Part shown: positions 12,601-25,538 of the stretch, one piece after another
Numbering within the stretch: position 1 is the first letter of the stretch
Layout: each line of letters begins with the position of its first letter
Assembly (NCBI GenBank): GCA_001687465.1
Contig: LVLI01000140.1
Span: forward strand, 1-64,000
Origin: Halocafeteria seosinensis
Taxonomy: Eukaryota
Reading direction: 5' to 3'
Length of the DNA: 64,000 nt
Made by a program: the position numbers and the translations under genes
The notes under the pieces: model-generated
Told to the model about the DNA's origin: nothing
Seen by the model: only the letters and a program-made list of their open reading frames with translations
The model's database searches: none

Positions 12601-14397
12601 CTCAAGGCTATGGGTATTGTTAACATCCAAAAGTTTCCTTTTCCTACGCCACCCCCAATGCTTTCGTTGAAGAGGTCTCTCAAGTCGCTCATTAACATTG
12701 GCGCACTTACCCCAATTTTTAGTTCGATGTCTCATTCGGAACAAAGTGTTGCAGAGGTGGCATGGGAAACTATCAAGAAGCAATTAGCGTCTAAAGCAAC
12801 GGATAACGATAACTACAGAATGGACGCGGAATCATTGGCACTTAAGGCCTATCTGAATGAGCCAGTTTTCAAAGACAAAGATGGATCCGATAGGTCGTCT
12901 CGAGAATTTTTGAAGCAAATATCGCTACCCTCAGTTGAAGGCGAAAGACTGACAGCCCTGGGAAGAACTATGACAGTGTTACCCTTATCTCCTCACCTGT
13001 CGAAACTTGTACTTTTTGCTTTTACTTCAATAGAATTGGCAAAGAAGGAGGCAAGGAGAATTCAGGATCTAGCGATTCTAATGGTAGCTCTAGCTTCTGT
13101 AGACAACATCACGGTGCGATCTCGCTGCAAGACGAACGAGAACTCGCAGGAATCGTCTAATACGGCTGCGGGAGATACCGAAGAAGAGCAAGCTCAGGAA
13201 ATCGGCAACACCATGTTCAATTTCCACTCTGCAGAGAGCGATATGCTTACATATCTCAACATTGCGGGAGCATTCCTGTATGAGCAATCATTGTCCGCTG
13301 AGAAAGCTGAAGCATTTTGCCGAACGTATACCGTCAAGTACAAAGCGCTCCGGGAGGTTTTGCACTTGCGTGATCAGTTGTGGCGCTATATCAACTCTAC
13401 ACTGTCAGGGCATCTAACGGAGGATAAGCTCTACGAAAAATGCGTAGCGACCTCTTCTGCCGACACAGTTGAAGATGAAGCTCGGAGAGTAAACGAGAAT
13501 GGTGAGTCTAGGGAATACTCAAGCTTACTGCATCCTCCGACAGAGGATGAAAAACTAGTCTTACGCCAACTGCTTTGCATCTCGTCACTGGAGAGGGTGG
13601 CAAGACGGGCTTCTTCAGAGGAAGTAGAGGAGTTATTGCAACGTATTGGGCATGAACGAAAGAAAATCAAAAAAGGTAGCTGGGTCCCATACATATGTTG
13701 CGATGAAGAGTGCCCTTATCCCCTCTTCGTCCATCCCTCCTCCTCGGTATGTAGTAACAGTGTGCAGAACATGCCAAATTGGATTGTCTTTGAGGAGATA
13801 ATATCCACCTCTAGATCTTTTATGCGAGGAGTTTCAGCAATCGATCCAAATTGGCTTCCGAAGTTTGCGGGAGATACTCCTATTTGCAGATTGGGAAAAC
13901 CGTTGGAGGATCCTCTACCTTATTATGACAAAAAGAGAGACGGTGTACTTGCGTATGTCCGTCCTTATTATGGAGACTATAGATGGGAACTACCTCTGTA
14001 TCTGATCACTTATCCACAACATGGGAATCTTACCAAAGAGAAAGTGAAAATCTTCGCGCGAGCCCTCTTGGAAGGTGAAGTTTTCCCCCAGCTGAAACCG
14101 TTGAGGAGCTACTACATTTCTCCACCATCCCATTTAACCAGAGCACTGTCTTCAAGGACAACTTTTCACGATATAGTCACTATGCTGGAAGAAGGGCAAT
14201 CCGGAATTGAGGGTCCTATATGCTCCTCACGAAGCCTAGTCGAAATATGGAAGAAGAATCCGCGTTATCTATTTTCCGAAATTAAGCGCTTGCTCCATAA
14301 GGGAACTGAAGAATTGATGTATAAATGTTGGAATACAATGTTGGAGCAAAACAGATGCGACAATATACGTCAAAAACACCGACAGAAGGGCTACTAA
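9641..14397 (+). CDS. DHX37: DEAH-box RNA helicase DHX37/Dhr1 (small-subunit ribosome biogenesis)
   Basis: GETGSGKTTQVPQFLYE, DEAH, SAT, QRAGRAGR motifs; HA2/OB-like tail; single intron 12088-12362. Confidence 0.93.
12141..12294 (+). ncRNA. Candidate intronic H/ACA-like snoRNA in the DHX37 intron
   Basis: Two hairpins (TCACC/GGTGA; GGTC/GACC) with sense-strand G-U pairs; ACA at 12289-12291 right after the second hairpin; no perfect ANANNA H box. Confidence 0.4.
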
Positions 14398-17295
14398 GCA
14401 CCTCCCTTGTTCCGGAAGTCGTCGGGGTGAAATTCGTACACACCTGTTTTGCCTTGTACTTCATGGGGAACAACACCTGCTCTATTGCTGGACTGTCGTT
14501 TCTTGAAGACGATGTCGGTCTGTTGGGTAGGCGGCGACGCACCCGGCGTTAGAGGGGTCCCTACCACGGCAAAGAAGGAAAGATCACACGATTTTAATGT
14601 ACGTGACCAGTCGAACGCGGCACTCCAATAGAGCGGCAGGTTTGCTTTGTTTGAAGAAGCCCATTGAAAAACCCGGTAGCATCCAGGTGAGACAAGCAGT
14701 AGTTGTAAGACATCTGTTGCCACTTCGCGGTCGAACTCCCCCTGTTCCGATAGTTTCTTGACCCGTGCTCTTTCTTCATTCGCTATGCGGCGGATATCAT
14801 CTTCGTGTGTCTTGGAGAGATCAGCATTGAGAGTACTACGGAGTAGGGCAAAAATCTGTTTAAGAGTAAACGCTCTGCAGAAGTTCTTTCTTTGCATCAG
14901 CATGGTAGTGGAATGCAACATACCTGTTCGTACATGTGGTTCATCTCCTGACGATTCTTAATAGTCTGTTGTCGGAGTTTGCGCTTTTCAACATTCATGT
15001 ACTCGGCAAGATGACGACGTTCTGTTCCTCGCAGAGCCCTTCTGCAAACAAGGTGAAGATGCACTGCTTCGCTGTCGAACGTGGATTTTTGGTAAGCTCC
15101 TCTTACCTGTAGTCTACTTGCGCCCGGGCAAGCTCGTATTGAGCATCGACGCACATTGTCAAGAGAAGTCTAAAAGTTCGGGATTTCTGGAAAATATTAA
15201 GCCCCAAAGCCTTACTGTGGATTGCCCAATCAGCGAGTCGGGTGAAGGCATTTCTGAGCCCACAATATGCAAGATAACACCTTTGGTGTTCCGTTAGCCG
15301 CCTGAGATGTCGCTGAATCGAAGCCGCAGGGAACGGAAGGATCGTCATTAACAGAGCAACATACGGCTTCGGGGTCTCCCATGGTGACAGTAAGTCTTTT
15401 ACTTCTGGATCGCTTATGGTACCTTTTCTACACTGCACATCGAGCTGCAGTAGCAACGAGTCTACTGCGAAGTGCCATACTGGAACTCTGTCCCCACAAC
15501 CATCCAGGAAAGGTTTATACAACCTAACACATTGAGTTTTCAATTTGTTGAAGACACGGCGACTTTCATTAGAGAGCGTGTACTCAGGGGCGTTTTCCAT
15601 ATATTCTGACCGCGACTGCATAATCTTTTTGCAACCCTCTAACGCTTCCGTAGGGCTTTGTTTTATAGCACCTATGTCAAATTCTTCACCATAATCAAAC
15701 AACGATTGACTAAACTTAGCGCTACCTCTTCGCGATTTAGTGTCTTCATCATCATCAACAAACATCTTTTGTTCATCATCAGATACCTCCGCGTGATCCG
15801 TCTCTTCCCCGCCTCCTTCGTTCTCGCCCAGTTCCTCGTTTCCTGTCGCATAATACCCTCCGCGGAAGCGTTGACTCTTCACTCTACCTTCAATCGCCGC
15901 AGCCAAATCTGAATCATCCACAAAGCCACCATCGGATTGATAATATTCAATGCGCTTTCTTCGTTTAGATTTTTTCTCTTCGTCAGAGGAATACGACTCG
16001 ACTGAGTCGTTCTCTGGGTCCCTCCCACTACGTTTCTGGCGCTTGGTATTGAACGTTTTCTCGACCTCTGAAACATAAGGAGAACTTAATCCCCATAGTA
16101 GCCGCTGTCCAAAAATAGCTATATGACATACCTTTTGAAGGGACCACCTGAGCAACTAACTCAAGCTTCCGGATAGCGCGGGACATCATCTCAGCCCCTT
16201 TGCTTTGGGACGCTGGTGCTTCCCTGTCATTTTCGTCGGATTGTGAACTTGGCCCGCCACTTCCCACACGACTCTGGAACCACCATCAATGCTACCCAGA
16301 TCGAAATTACCTTACAAGAACGAGATAGTTACCCGTAGACTTACGTTTTCATTTTCGCTACTCTGTATGCGCTTCCACGTGTCTTTCCTAAGCATGTGCT
16401 TAAGTTCCTTTTTCATTTCATCAAGCCGCTCTTTGTATTGCTTTCCGTAATCTAGGATAGCAGTTGATTTATCGTCGTTCCACTCTAGCACCCCTTCGCA
16501 AGACGAGGGATCGTCCAGCGGTGCTTGAATCCTCACAACCGGGAACTCATCCAGCTTTCTCGTTGACGACTCTCCTTGTTCCGACGAGAATCCGCTAGTA
16601 GAGGTCACGGCGGAATCGGGATTAAGCAAGGATTCCAAACGTTGACGATTGGAACTGGAACCGCTACCCATAGTACCCCCTTCGAAGGTACTTGCACTGC
16701 CACCATCTGTTGCCGAATTCGCCGTTACCAATGTACCTTGTGCGTGTGTTCCCTGTACGTTTGCCGCCGTTCCAGTTCCAGAGGTAAAGAATCTACTATT
16801 GGTAGAATGAGTAACTTCCGAGCTTGCACTCGATGGTTGTGGGGCACTCATATGAGTTGCGGCGACATTTGTTTGCGTAGTTCCAGCGCTGGAAGCCACT
16901 GAACCACCAGCTGAACTCATCAAAGGCACATACTTTCGCTTCGATTTAGGCTGCAAGATATTAACATGGCTACTTTCTGAAGAATTTCCAGACGATAATT
17001 GGCTGGAAGAGGTCGTAGTAGCGGGCTTGGAGGAATCAAATGGCCGTGAATCGCCCCCAGGGGCCAATATCGTGCCTTGTAGGACCCCATCAATTTCAAT
17101 TCCATCGTCTTCATTCTCTTCCTCCTCGTCCTCTGCATCATCCTCGCCCTCCTCATCTTGCTCTTCTTCCTCCTCTTGTTCTTCTTCGTCGCTTTCTGAC
17201 CCTAAATCTATCTCAATAGCCTCCTCATTGTCCCTATCGGGCTGGCTGTGAGGGGCCGTCGTCTCTCCATTTTCTCCCCCCTGTTGCTCGTTCAT
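14394..17295 (-). CDS. Ubinuclein/Hpc2-like histone chaperone subunit (HUN/HRD domain)
   Basis: Acidic N-terminus; IRKLE and YYQSDGGFVDDSDL...GGYYATG match the Hpc2/UBN1 pattern; multi-exon, joined from ORFs 16312-17295, 16028-16267, 15103-16155 and 14394-14921. Confidence 0.65.
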
Positions 17296-18066
17296 TGTCT
17301 CTTGACCACTCCACTACCATGTAGTGTATCCCAATAAGGTATAGAAGCTGTCCTCGCCCCGGTATTATACGTTGTACAGACGCCACAAACAATACAGAAA
17401 CGCGGTCAATTTTGAATTGTAAGGGGATTGACGTACACTGGAGACATAATTACGTGGGAGGGAATGTACCTTAATGTAATTGTTGGACTAAATATATGTA
17501 ATGAAATTTGTGAGAAGATGCAATGAAAGAAGAGTGGCATTTGCACACGGACGCCGCCAAGATTTGTACTGTATGGATTTGTACATGCAACCGTTTCTTC
17601 CATTCAGTGTCAGTTTGTCCGCTACTTACTTGTATTACCATTATGAGCCAATCCATTCGACGAGTACCCTGTAGTGTGAGACTTCCTGGACCTTTGCGGG
17701 TGTTGTTTTGATTCAGCTACTAACCTAAGGCACTCAGGAACGGGTAGTGTAACAAGTCGACGAAAATTTCACTGGAACTCGGTGGTACAAGGAACAAGTG
17801 TACATTCCATGGTACTAAAGCCTCCAGATTTGTCGCTGTCATGATGCAGTGTCATCCCTTATACTGTCTGTACGGATGTCGGTGCAAGTGCCGTCTTCTG
17901 TTTCCTTGCGGCAAGGGATGAAACACAACTTGCGCTTTAGCAAAGGATACATCGTCGAATCATCAACTTGTCAGATTCTTGCGTGTGGTACTACTACCGT
18001 TCACATTCCTAGGATCGTCACGGGCCAAGACCCGATTTCTTAAGGCCTGAGTTCCTCAAGGTGGTG

Positions 18067-18887
18067 TCATTTAGTATTTTGATACATCACCCAAGGAGGC
18101 TTGCACAAGTTTGGGAGATCTTCTCTGGAATACTCGTAGAGCGCATTGCCATCATCATCAACAACCGGGAACACTCCCTCTGGGTTATGATCTTCGGCAC
18201 CAGCGACGGGCGGATTGAACGCACTGCACCTAGAAAAGTAGAGCGGTCGGTTGTGGAGCCTGAGCACTAGCAGTGGTACTGTGCCCACTTACCAACAGAC
18301 GTGCAAGTCTCCGCTAGTTGCACGCAGAAAGTGCCGGTCGTGTTCATTAAGGCAATACAGGGTGCCAGGCCGCAAAGGATAGACTACGCCTTCTCCCTCC
18401 TGCGAAAAATAGAGCTTAATGCAACACAGGTGCAGAAATTCACCTCTTAATTAGACGCTTACGCGCTGGTCTGGTTCAACCAGTTCAATCTCGCCTTTGC
18501 CCTCGGTTACGAAGACTGCTTCAACATGGTTTTTGTACCACAACAAGGAAGAGGTACCTGCATGCGTCGAAAAAGAGTAAACAAGTCCATAAGCAAGCAA
18601 CCGACCTGCAGCCTGTTCTATCTGAAGGTGCATCTGGTATGTTATTGGTACGTACCTTCGTACAGAATGGTGTAGTGGAACGAAAAACCCATTCCGTCCT
18701 GGCGTAGTACGTAGCGACGGCTCTCATGTTTCCCTGACGCTCCTTTGTAGACATTTCCAGAATTCTTCACATCATCTAGAGTCCGGTGAATGAAAGAACG
18801 CTTCTGAAAAGGCTGCAACAGTGAAGTACAGCTTCTCGAAAAACACTTCAATCCCGTTACCAGTCTTCGTCGCATGGCGACCGACAT
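18067..18887 (-). CDS. ectC: L-ectoine synthase (cupin) with N-terminal mitochondrial-type presequence and three spliceosomal introns
   Basis: Spliced product contains ESRRYVLRQDGMGFSFHYTILYEGT, LWYKNHVEAV, PGTLYCLNEHDRHFLRA and AFNPPVAGAEDH (EctC signatures). Introns 18655-18558, 18462-18400 and 18292 to 18230/18224. Confidence 0.93.
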
Positions 18888-20728
18888 CTTCAACTGCAGC
18901 TACTGAAGTCTCAAATGAGGTGTAGGAAAAGCAAAGTACGAGCTATTTTCAACGCAACTATTGCACGTCACTTTACAAGACTGTATTTGTTACGTTTTCA
19001 CGTATCTCGTATGTTGTATGAATTGAATTGTGGTAGTGACACTTCAACTTCAGCTTCGCTTCGTGCACTGCACTTTTGCATAACTTCCTCAGACCACTAT
19101 ACCATCGATACGCCATCCGATGCTGAACAAACATTATACTTCTCAGATTGTGTATCATCCGTTGCTGCAGACCATCCACAGTCGTTGAATTACGACGATT
19201 GAAAATTCCTGCACAATGATGGTCACTCTACATACAGACCATCAAGGATTAACATTCTGGGCTCCACTCTCATTTTTTCTGGCTCTACAAATCCTCTTCG
19301 CACTTCTTTGAGTGCACCTGCTTCAGCATCGCTGCCTTCTTCGTCAGATCTCATCTTGGAAGATCGCTATACTCAGGAACTTGATCGCCGCTTCTCCAAA
19401 TCCACCAAGGTATAACTCATGGAGAATATACGGAATGGTTACTCTTTAAATTTGAAATTCGCTACTGTAGCTACTATTTGTATTGTTGCCCCCCTTCCAT
19501 GTGTGTATTTGTGCATACATGGTACACCGGTATTACATTCGGTGGAGGACGTTCATTAGTTGTTCAGCTTTAAGTGTTTGACTTCAGAAACAGATAAGCA
19601 TAAAAAATCAGATGCGTTGATAGCTCTGTCCAGTTGTGCTATTTCGTCTCCGATGTCTGGATTCTACTTCGCGCGGACTCTAGTTGACAGAGTGTGGCAT
19701 TGCCATTCGCACTTCCGAGCATCTCCCTATCCGGCGGAGCACATGTTTAACAGTTACCAGTTTCCACAGTAAGTATTGAAGTGGCTTACTCAAAATGTTT
19801 CACTTCGTGTATTGCTTGGCTTCTGTGACAACCTTACTGCTCAGTACTCGTTTGTAAGCAGTTGTCAAATTTCTCCCTTCGGGGTTGTGTTCTGTCTTTC
19901 TGTCACCGTGTGGTCGGGTAACGATACACTGGAACTTGACCTTGGTATTAACAGCGTCTGGTCAGCAACCATAGCGAGTATCGACACTCTGGGTGCACTT
20001 GTTGACCTACATGTATACGGGCTTGAGCTTGAGTATCTCATGTGTCTGGCTCCTGCCGGTTTTTGTATTTCCTTCTCACTTTGCGGTTCCATGACGAGCT
20101 TCCTTTTTCGTTTTCCATATTGGTCGGATCGGCTAGAAACATGAGTAGCCATCCATAGCCACTCCCACCTCTCCTCCTCCAGGAGACAGAAGCCAGTCGC
20201 TGGGTTACCGGCTGGGTGAAGGGCATGTTAAGAGATGGGGATCCACTAAGACCGCCAATGCCACACATCAGAGCCAGTACTGACCAACTGTTCAGCATCC
20301 AGAACAAAGAACTATCAGCGCTTATGTGCATACCGAGCACTGGACTCGGAATCTAGCCGATGAGGAGGACCAGGAGGACTTCGACGACCATCGAAGACGC
20401 GCCGTCGGTCGCACAGAGGCTTTTTTGTTCCCCCGGAGTCCCCTTGTGCCCTCTGCTCTACAGAAAACCTGCTGAGCATCCGTTGCGTCAAGTTTGTATA
20501 CCGCCACCATAATGTAGCATTCTTTGCTACAGTCGAGTTGGAGTTGTACTGCTCAATCCTCTCACAAAACTAAGCTTTTTTTCTGCTTTTTTACTATTCG
20601 TTTTTGAAGGCGAACTTGCAGTCTAAGCCTTCAAACCTGCGACGGCTTGAACCGGTTACCGACGTAGAATTCGAACGTCTTTGTTCGCTTCCTTGGACCA
20701 TACAGATTCATCTGAAAGGATTTTCTGG

Positions 20729-23700
20729 ATGATGAATGAAAGAGAGTACCTGCACTCTCCTTTTCGCCAGCATTGGTTGGCTTGCAAGACATCTCGGCAA
20801 TGGGTTTGCCTCCCGGCGCTGCTGCTGCTGCTGTCATTCATTGTTCCGCGGGGAGCCTCATTACCAGAATGCGAATTTCTGAAGGGAAACGTGACCGTTC
20901 GCAAAGGAGAAAGGTGTATTTTAGATACATCTGAGATTTCTTTTTTTGAGTTCTTGAGAGTCCATGGGGACTTGATCATCGATGGTCCCGCGAAAGAGAT
21001 ACCCACGCGGACAGCTGTGCTCAGCGGCTCAATCGAGACCAATGGTAAGAATTGTAAACCAATCGTCATCGGAATGCTCTTAGTCGAGAATATCCAAGTT
21101 CGCAGGCATCAACAAGGCTACTACCCTTCGATTCGATGGCTTGAAGCTGGCGGTTACGAGCATTGCCCATTACCACGGTTCTTCGAACTTCCTGGATAAC
21201 CTCGTCCAGCTAAGCGGACATATAAGGGGTGAATACGAAATCCGTGGTTCAAAGAGCACCAAAATCAGGCTGGACATGAGCTCTCAAGTACAAGGGACAA
21301 GCCTCAACCTCGAAGAGAGTGCCAACTTAGAGATCGGCCCCTCCTGCAAAATTAATATGACTAGAGCCATAACCCTTGGTAACTTTACAGAGACACTAGT
21401 CAACAAAAAAGTGGCAATATTTGCAGGCAATTTCGTCCTCCACGAAAAAGCAATAATTGATGGGCATGGGCGAGGATTTGGAGAATGCGAGGGTCCTGGA
21501 AGCCCGTCTCGATCCAGTCGTGGCGGATCTCATGGTGGTTTGGGAAGCATTGAGGATGTGGATACGTTTGTGAAGAGGGAAAATTCCCTGTTGGTGAACG
21601 ATGATGTTTTCCTTCCGTCTCTTCCGGGAAGTGGTGGCTGTGACCGTGAACGTAACGGAAATGGCGGTCACGGAGGAGCCTACGTACAGCTTCATGTGTC
21701 AGGTCGCACTAAACTTCTTGGTGAGATTGATTTGAGAGGTGGAAACGGGCAATGGCCCCATCATCGTAGTCACCATGGGTACGTGAATCAATATTTTCTT
21801 TTTGAGTGTCTATCTCGTGGCGTTAAATTATATTGTATTCTGTACTCGTATCTTTGTCACCTGCAGTGCTGGGGGAGGTGCCGGTGGTGGTTTGTTACTG
21901 GAAACGGGCATATTCGAAAATCGCGGTGGCAAAATCAAAGCAAACGGGGGACGAGGAGCTCCTCGGCGTCGTAGGCAACCTGGAGAAGGAGGGGGTGGTG
22001 GCAGAGTTTCGGTGTATTGTGAGGAGCTTTTGAATGTATTTGGGACTCATGAGGTCCTTGTAGAGGTTGCTGGTGGAATCGTCGGTAGCTCGTCTTCCGT
22101 TCGGTCTGGTCCTGGGACATCATTTTTTGCTTGTGGGGGAACGGGGTCAATGCTAGTAGTAGATAGCCTATCTACCGGTTCCTTGCCAACATCTGGCATG
22201 CTCCTTGGCTCCCACGCTTTATCGGTCAGTAACGTGATTGTAAAGAGCGCAAGGCTTTATTTCAGGAATACACTAACTGGCACAGATCAAGCATTTTTGA
22301 GCTTGGGAAATATCAGTGGTGACAGCTATGGTACTTTGGAGTTCTCAAAGGGAGTAGTGGCTTCACTGGGGATGACTCGCGGCGAGTTTCACCTACGTGA
22401 CTCTTCAAAATCAGTGCAGATGTTACCACACGGCAGGCGGATTTTACGAACAAGTGCTACATTTTTTACAAACGCTCTATTAGTGACGTCGTATAATATT
22501 ATGTTTCGTGAGGGATCTAAGGGTGTGCTTCCACAAGATATATTTGTCTGCCAACAGAGTATAACTAATCATGGGACACTCTCTGGGGTAGTCAATGTGA
22601 CGTTCTGTCCAGAAGATAGTGAAAACGAGATTTTGGGTTCCACAGAAATTGAGGGCTGCACCGATCCCTCATTCGATAATTTTAATCCTCAAGCTTCAAA
22701 GGATGATGGATCATGTCGTAACGTTCAACCAAGTGGTTGTTCCTACACAATTGCTTCTGTAAGTAGTCTCAAAGTGAGCACTAAAATACTTGCTGCTATG
22801 CGTTAAAACCATATTGTAACATGGTACAGAACTACGATCCGGAAGTGGTGACAAATGATGGAAGTTGTAAACTTGCTCCAGGTCTCCGCGAGGGGTGTAC
22901 ATGCAAGGAAGCATTGAATTATGACCCCGAAGCTGAACTGTATGATGGCTCTTGCTCATACCCAGAGGCGGGTTGTACCTACGACATTGCGTTGAATTTT
23001 GATCCTGATGCAAAACTGGATGATGGTAGTTGCGCCTTCGAAGGATTGGGCGAGCTGCGCTCCCAATTGACGGAGTTGGAACGCAAAACGAAGGCCCAAG
23101 CCGACAGAATTAGGGAACTAGAACAACAGGTTACACAGCTATCTTCGGAGAAAGAACGAATTCAAGAGGAAGCGGAACAATGCGTAGACTCTCGCTCCAA
23201 GGCCGAAACTCGTGACCGCCGCGCACGAGGACGCTTACGTCAGTGTCAAAGTGTTATCAAGGAGATAGAACAAAGGCGTTATTCTAACGAAAACGCTACA
23301 GAAGAAGATAAAGCATCGACGGAGCATCAAAACGTGACGTTCGAGATGACTACTCAGAAAGTAGGATTTTCAAAGCGGAATTACCGCGTTAACGCTCCTG
23401 CTAACAAAATAGACCTTATCATTACACGAAAAATTGTGAATACCGGGCAGCAGGAGCAAGCCGAATTAGGCATGGCAGTAAAGCTTCTGGAAAGAAGTGC
23501 TCGGAAGGATATTGATTTTTCTGTGGCCGACAGCTTCCTCTTTTGGGAGGCTGGTGAGACCAGAAAGATCCTCCCAATTTGTATCACAGTCCCCTCGACT
23601 CTCAGACGTCCACTGGAATTCGAAGTTGAGCTTATCCCCTTCATTGAACCAGAGGAATCCTCTATCGTTAATTCGTCCCCTAATTCAACGACAACCGTCC

Positions 23701-23828
23701 GTATTGTGCCTCAGGAGAATCAAGAGGTGATAGACTCTGAAAGCGTTGCCAGGCAACAACGGATCTGGTGGGCTTATTGGTCTCGTCGTCTAAAGAAAGG
23801 CTTTGAAGCAAAAAGCGCTACCTCCTAA
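20729..23828 (+). CDS. Secreted/membrane Gly-rich protein with GC....NY.P.A..DDGSC repeats, coiled coil and Calx-beta-like C-terminus
   Basis: Hydrophobic LLLLLSFIV leader; GGSHGG, PGSGG, GGGAGGG, GGGGGGRV motifs; introns approx. 21045-21104, 21779-21866 and 22759-22829 join the ORFs in frame. Confidence 0.75.
22654..23033 (+). repeat. Four tandem ~26-aa Cys/Asp repeats (GC.D....N(F/Y)(N/D)P.A..DDGSC)
   Basis: GCTDPSFDNFNPQASKDDGSC, GCSYTIAS|NYDPEVVTNDGSC, GCTCKEALNYDPEAELYDGSC, GCTYDIALNFDPDAKLDDGSC. Confidence 0.9.
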
Positions 23829-24279
23829 CTATCCGAACAAGCACGGTTCCGGTTGTACCGGGAATCATGGGCAATACATGTAAGTGTTAAGTGTTAAGTG
23901 GAACTGAATCGACAATGAATCGAGTCTCCGGTTAGGCGAGGTACATGTATTTTGAACACTGTGTTCTAGTTTTTCATCCGCTTACATAAGCGAGCATTGT
24001 ATGTATTCACGTGAAGGTTTCATATTCAAATTGTGAAGGTTCCCCTCCTCGCGCGCCGCGCCGGTAGAGTTGAAGTAACACTACTGTAGTATTGAAATTC
24101 TGTCATACGTATTAAAGGATCTAGATTTCCTACACGACTTGCATAATTATTATATTGTGACTCTGAGGTTAGTGTTGGAGCTACGACGTCCCTTGCAGGC
24201 ACCCCAAGCCTGCGTTTTAACGCGAACTTGAACTATTCAGTCCAGTCATTGCTGCGAATAGTTACATTCACAAATACAG

Positions 24280-25353
24280 ATGGAGGAAAAACGGGAGAGT
24301 TCGGAATCTTTAGGTGAAAAAATATCCCATTTAGTGGATCTCATTCGTTCCAGTAGAAGGGTGGTCGTCCATACGGGTGCTGGAATTTCGACAGGATGTG
24401 GAATACCGGATTTTCGTGGGCCACAAGGCGTCTGGACCTTGCGAGATCAAGGCAAGAAACTCCCTCGTCGACCACCCTTTCCCATTTATCCCAGCAAAGC
24501 CCACATGGCCGTTGTTGAGCTCGTTCAGCAAGAAGTTGTCAACTACGTCGTGAGTCAAAACACGGATGGTCTGCATGTGATGAGCGGGATCCCATTTAAT
24601 AAAATAAGTGAACTTCACGGGAATAAGCATCGTGAGCGATGTAGCAATCCCCGCTGCGGTCAGTCCTATTACAGGGATTACCCATGTCGACGCCGTGCCA
24701 ATGCCGTCCACGACCACAAAACAGGGAGGAAGTGCGAAAAATGCGGTTCGGAGCTTCATGACAGCATCGTGAACTTCGGAGAAAATCTTCCAGAAGACGA
24801 CATAGAGCGGGCCATCCGAGAATCCAAGAACGCGGACCTATGCATCGTCCTTGGTACCTCGCTCAAAGTCTACCCTGCTGCTGGAATCCCTTTGGAGCGC
24901 TACCCAACGTGCAAACTTGCAATTGTGAACCTCCAAGAAACGCCCGTGGACGATAAAGCCCATGTGCGTATGTTTGGGACTTGCGATGACGTCATGGAGA
25001 GACTCATGGCAAAGTTAGGGTACTCTATTCCGCCTTTCATTGCCCGGACTACGCTTAAATTCTCGATGCAGCATGGAAATCACATCACGATGGATGTAAA
25101 CATACCCGATTTGATTCGCTCTGTCGAGTTATCGTCCGCAGTGCCCCTGGTCAAAGAGCCCGGAAAGCTTAGATGGACTCTGAGGCAGTCGCGGAATTCT
25201 CTGGATTGTGATGCAACGATCCACTTCTTGGATCAGAAGAAGCTACAGCCACTTAAAATGAAAGTGCGTTTGGAAAAGGACACAACGAGCGAATTTCCCA
25301 TCAAGTATAATGTCCACGATCCCAGAGGTGACTCCTGGACCTTGGATGCATAA
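24280..25353 (+). CDS. Class IV sirtuin (SIRT6/7-like NAD-dependent deacylase), intronless
   Basis: HTGAGIST..GIPDFRGPQGVWT, SQNTDGLH, ELHGN, Zn-binding Cys pairs, LGTSL, IVNLQET. Confidence 0.92.
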   Translation: MEEKRESSESLGEKISHLVDLIRSSRRVVVHTGAGISTGCGIPDFRGPQGVWTLRDQGKKLPRRPPFPIYPSKAHMAVVELVQQEVVNYVVSQNTDGLHVMSGIPFNKISELHGNKHRERCSNPRCGQSYYRDYPCRRRANAVHDHKTGRKCEKCGSELHDSIVNFGENLPEDDIERAIRESKNADLCIVLGTSLKVYPAAGIPLERYPTCKLAIVNLQETPVDDKAHVRMFGTCDDVMERLMAKLGYSIPPFIARTTLKFSMQHGNHITMDVNIPDLIRSVELSSAVPLVKEPGKLRWTLRQSRNSLDCDATIHFLDQKKLQPLKMKVRLEKDTTSEFPIKYNVHDPRGDSWTLDA

Positions 25354-25538
25354 AACCCTGAGGTATGGATTAAGTAAGCTCCATCAGCTCTCTCCGGACT
25401 TATGTAGGTTGTAACTGTAAATACAATTTGTTTACCCCCCTTGCTCAAACATTTCAATTCGTAATGCATATGCAACAAATAAACAAAATAATATGTATAT
25501 TGTGGGTATACCAGAAATACCGAATTTAGATCCTCCGC

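Noticed and set aside
19200..20510. Short ORFs and possible small spliced gene between ectC and the Gly-rich gene; checked for ectA/ectB/ectD
   Set aside because: No GNAT, aminotransferase or dioxygenase motifs; no supportable product.
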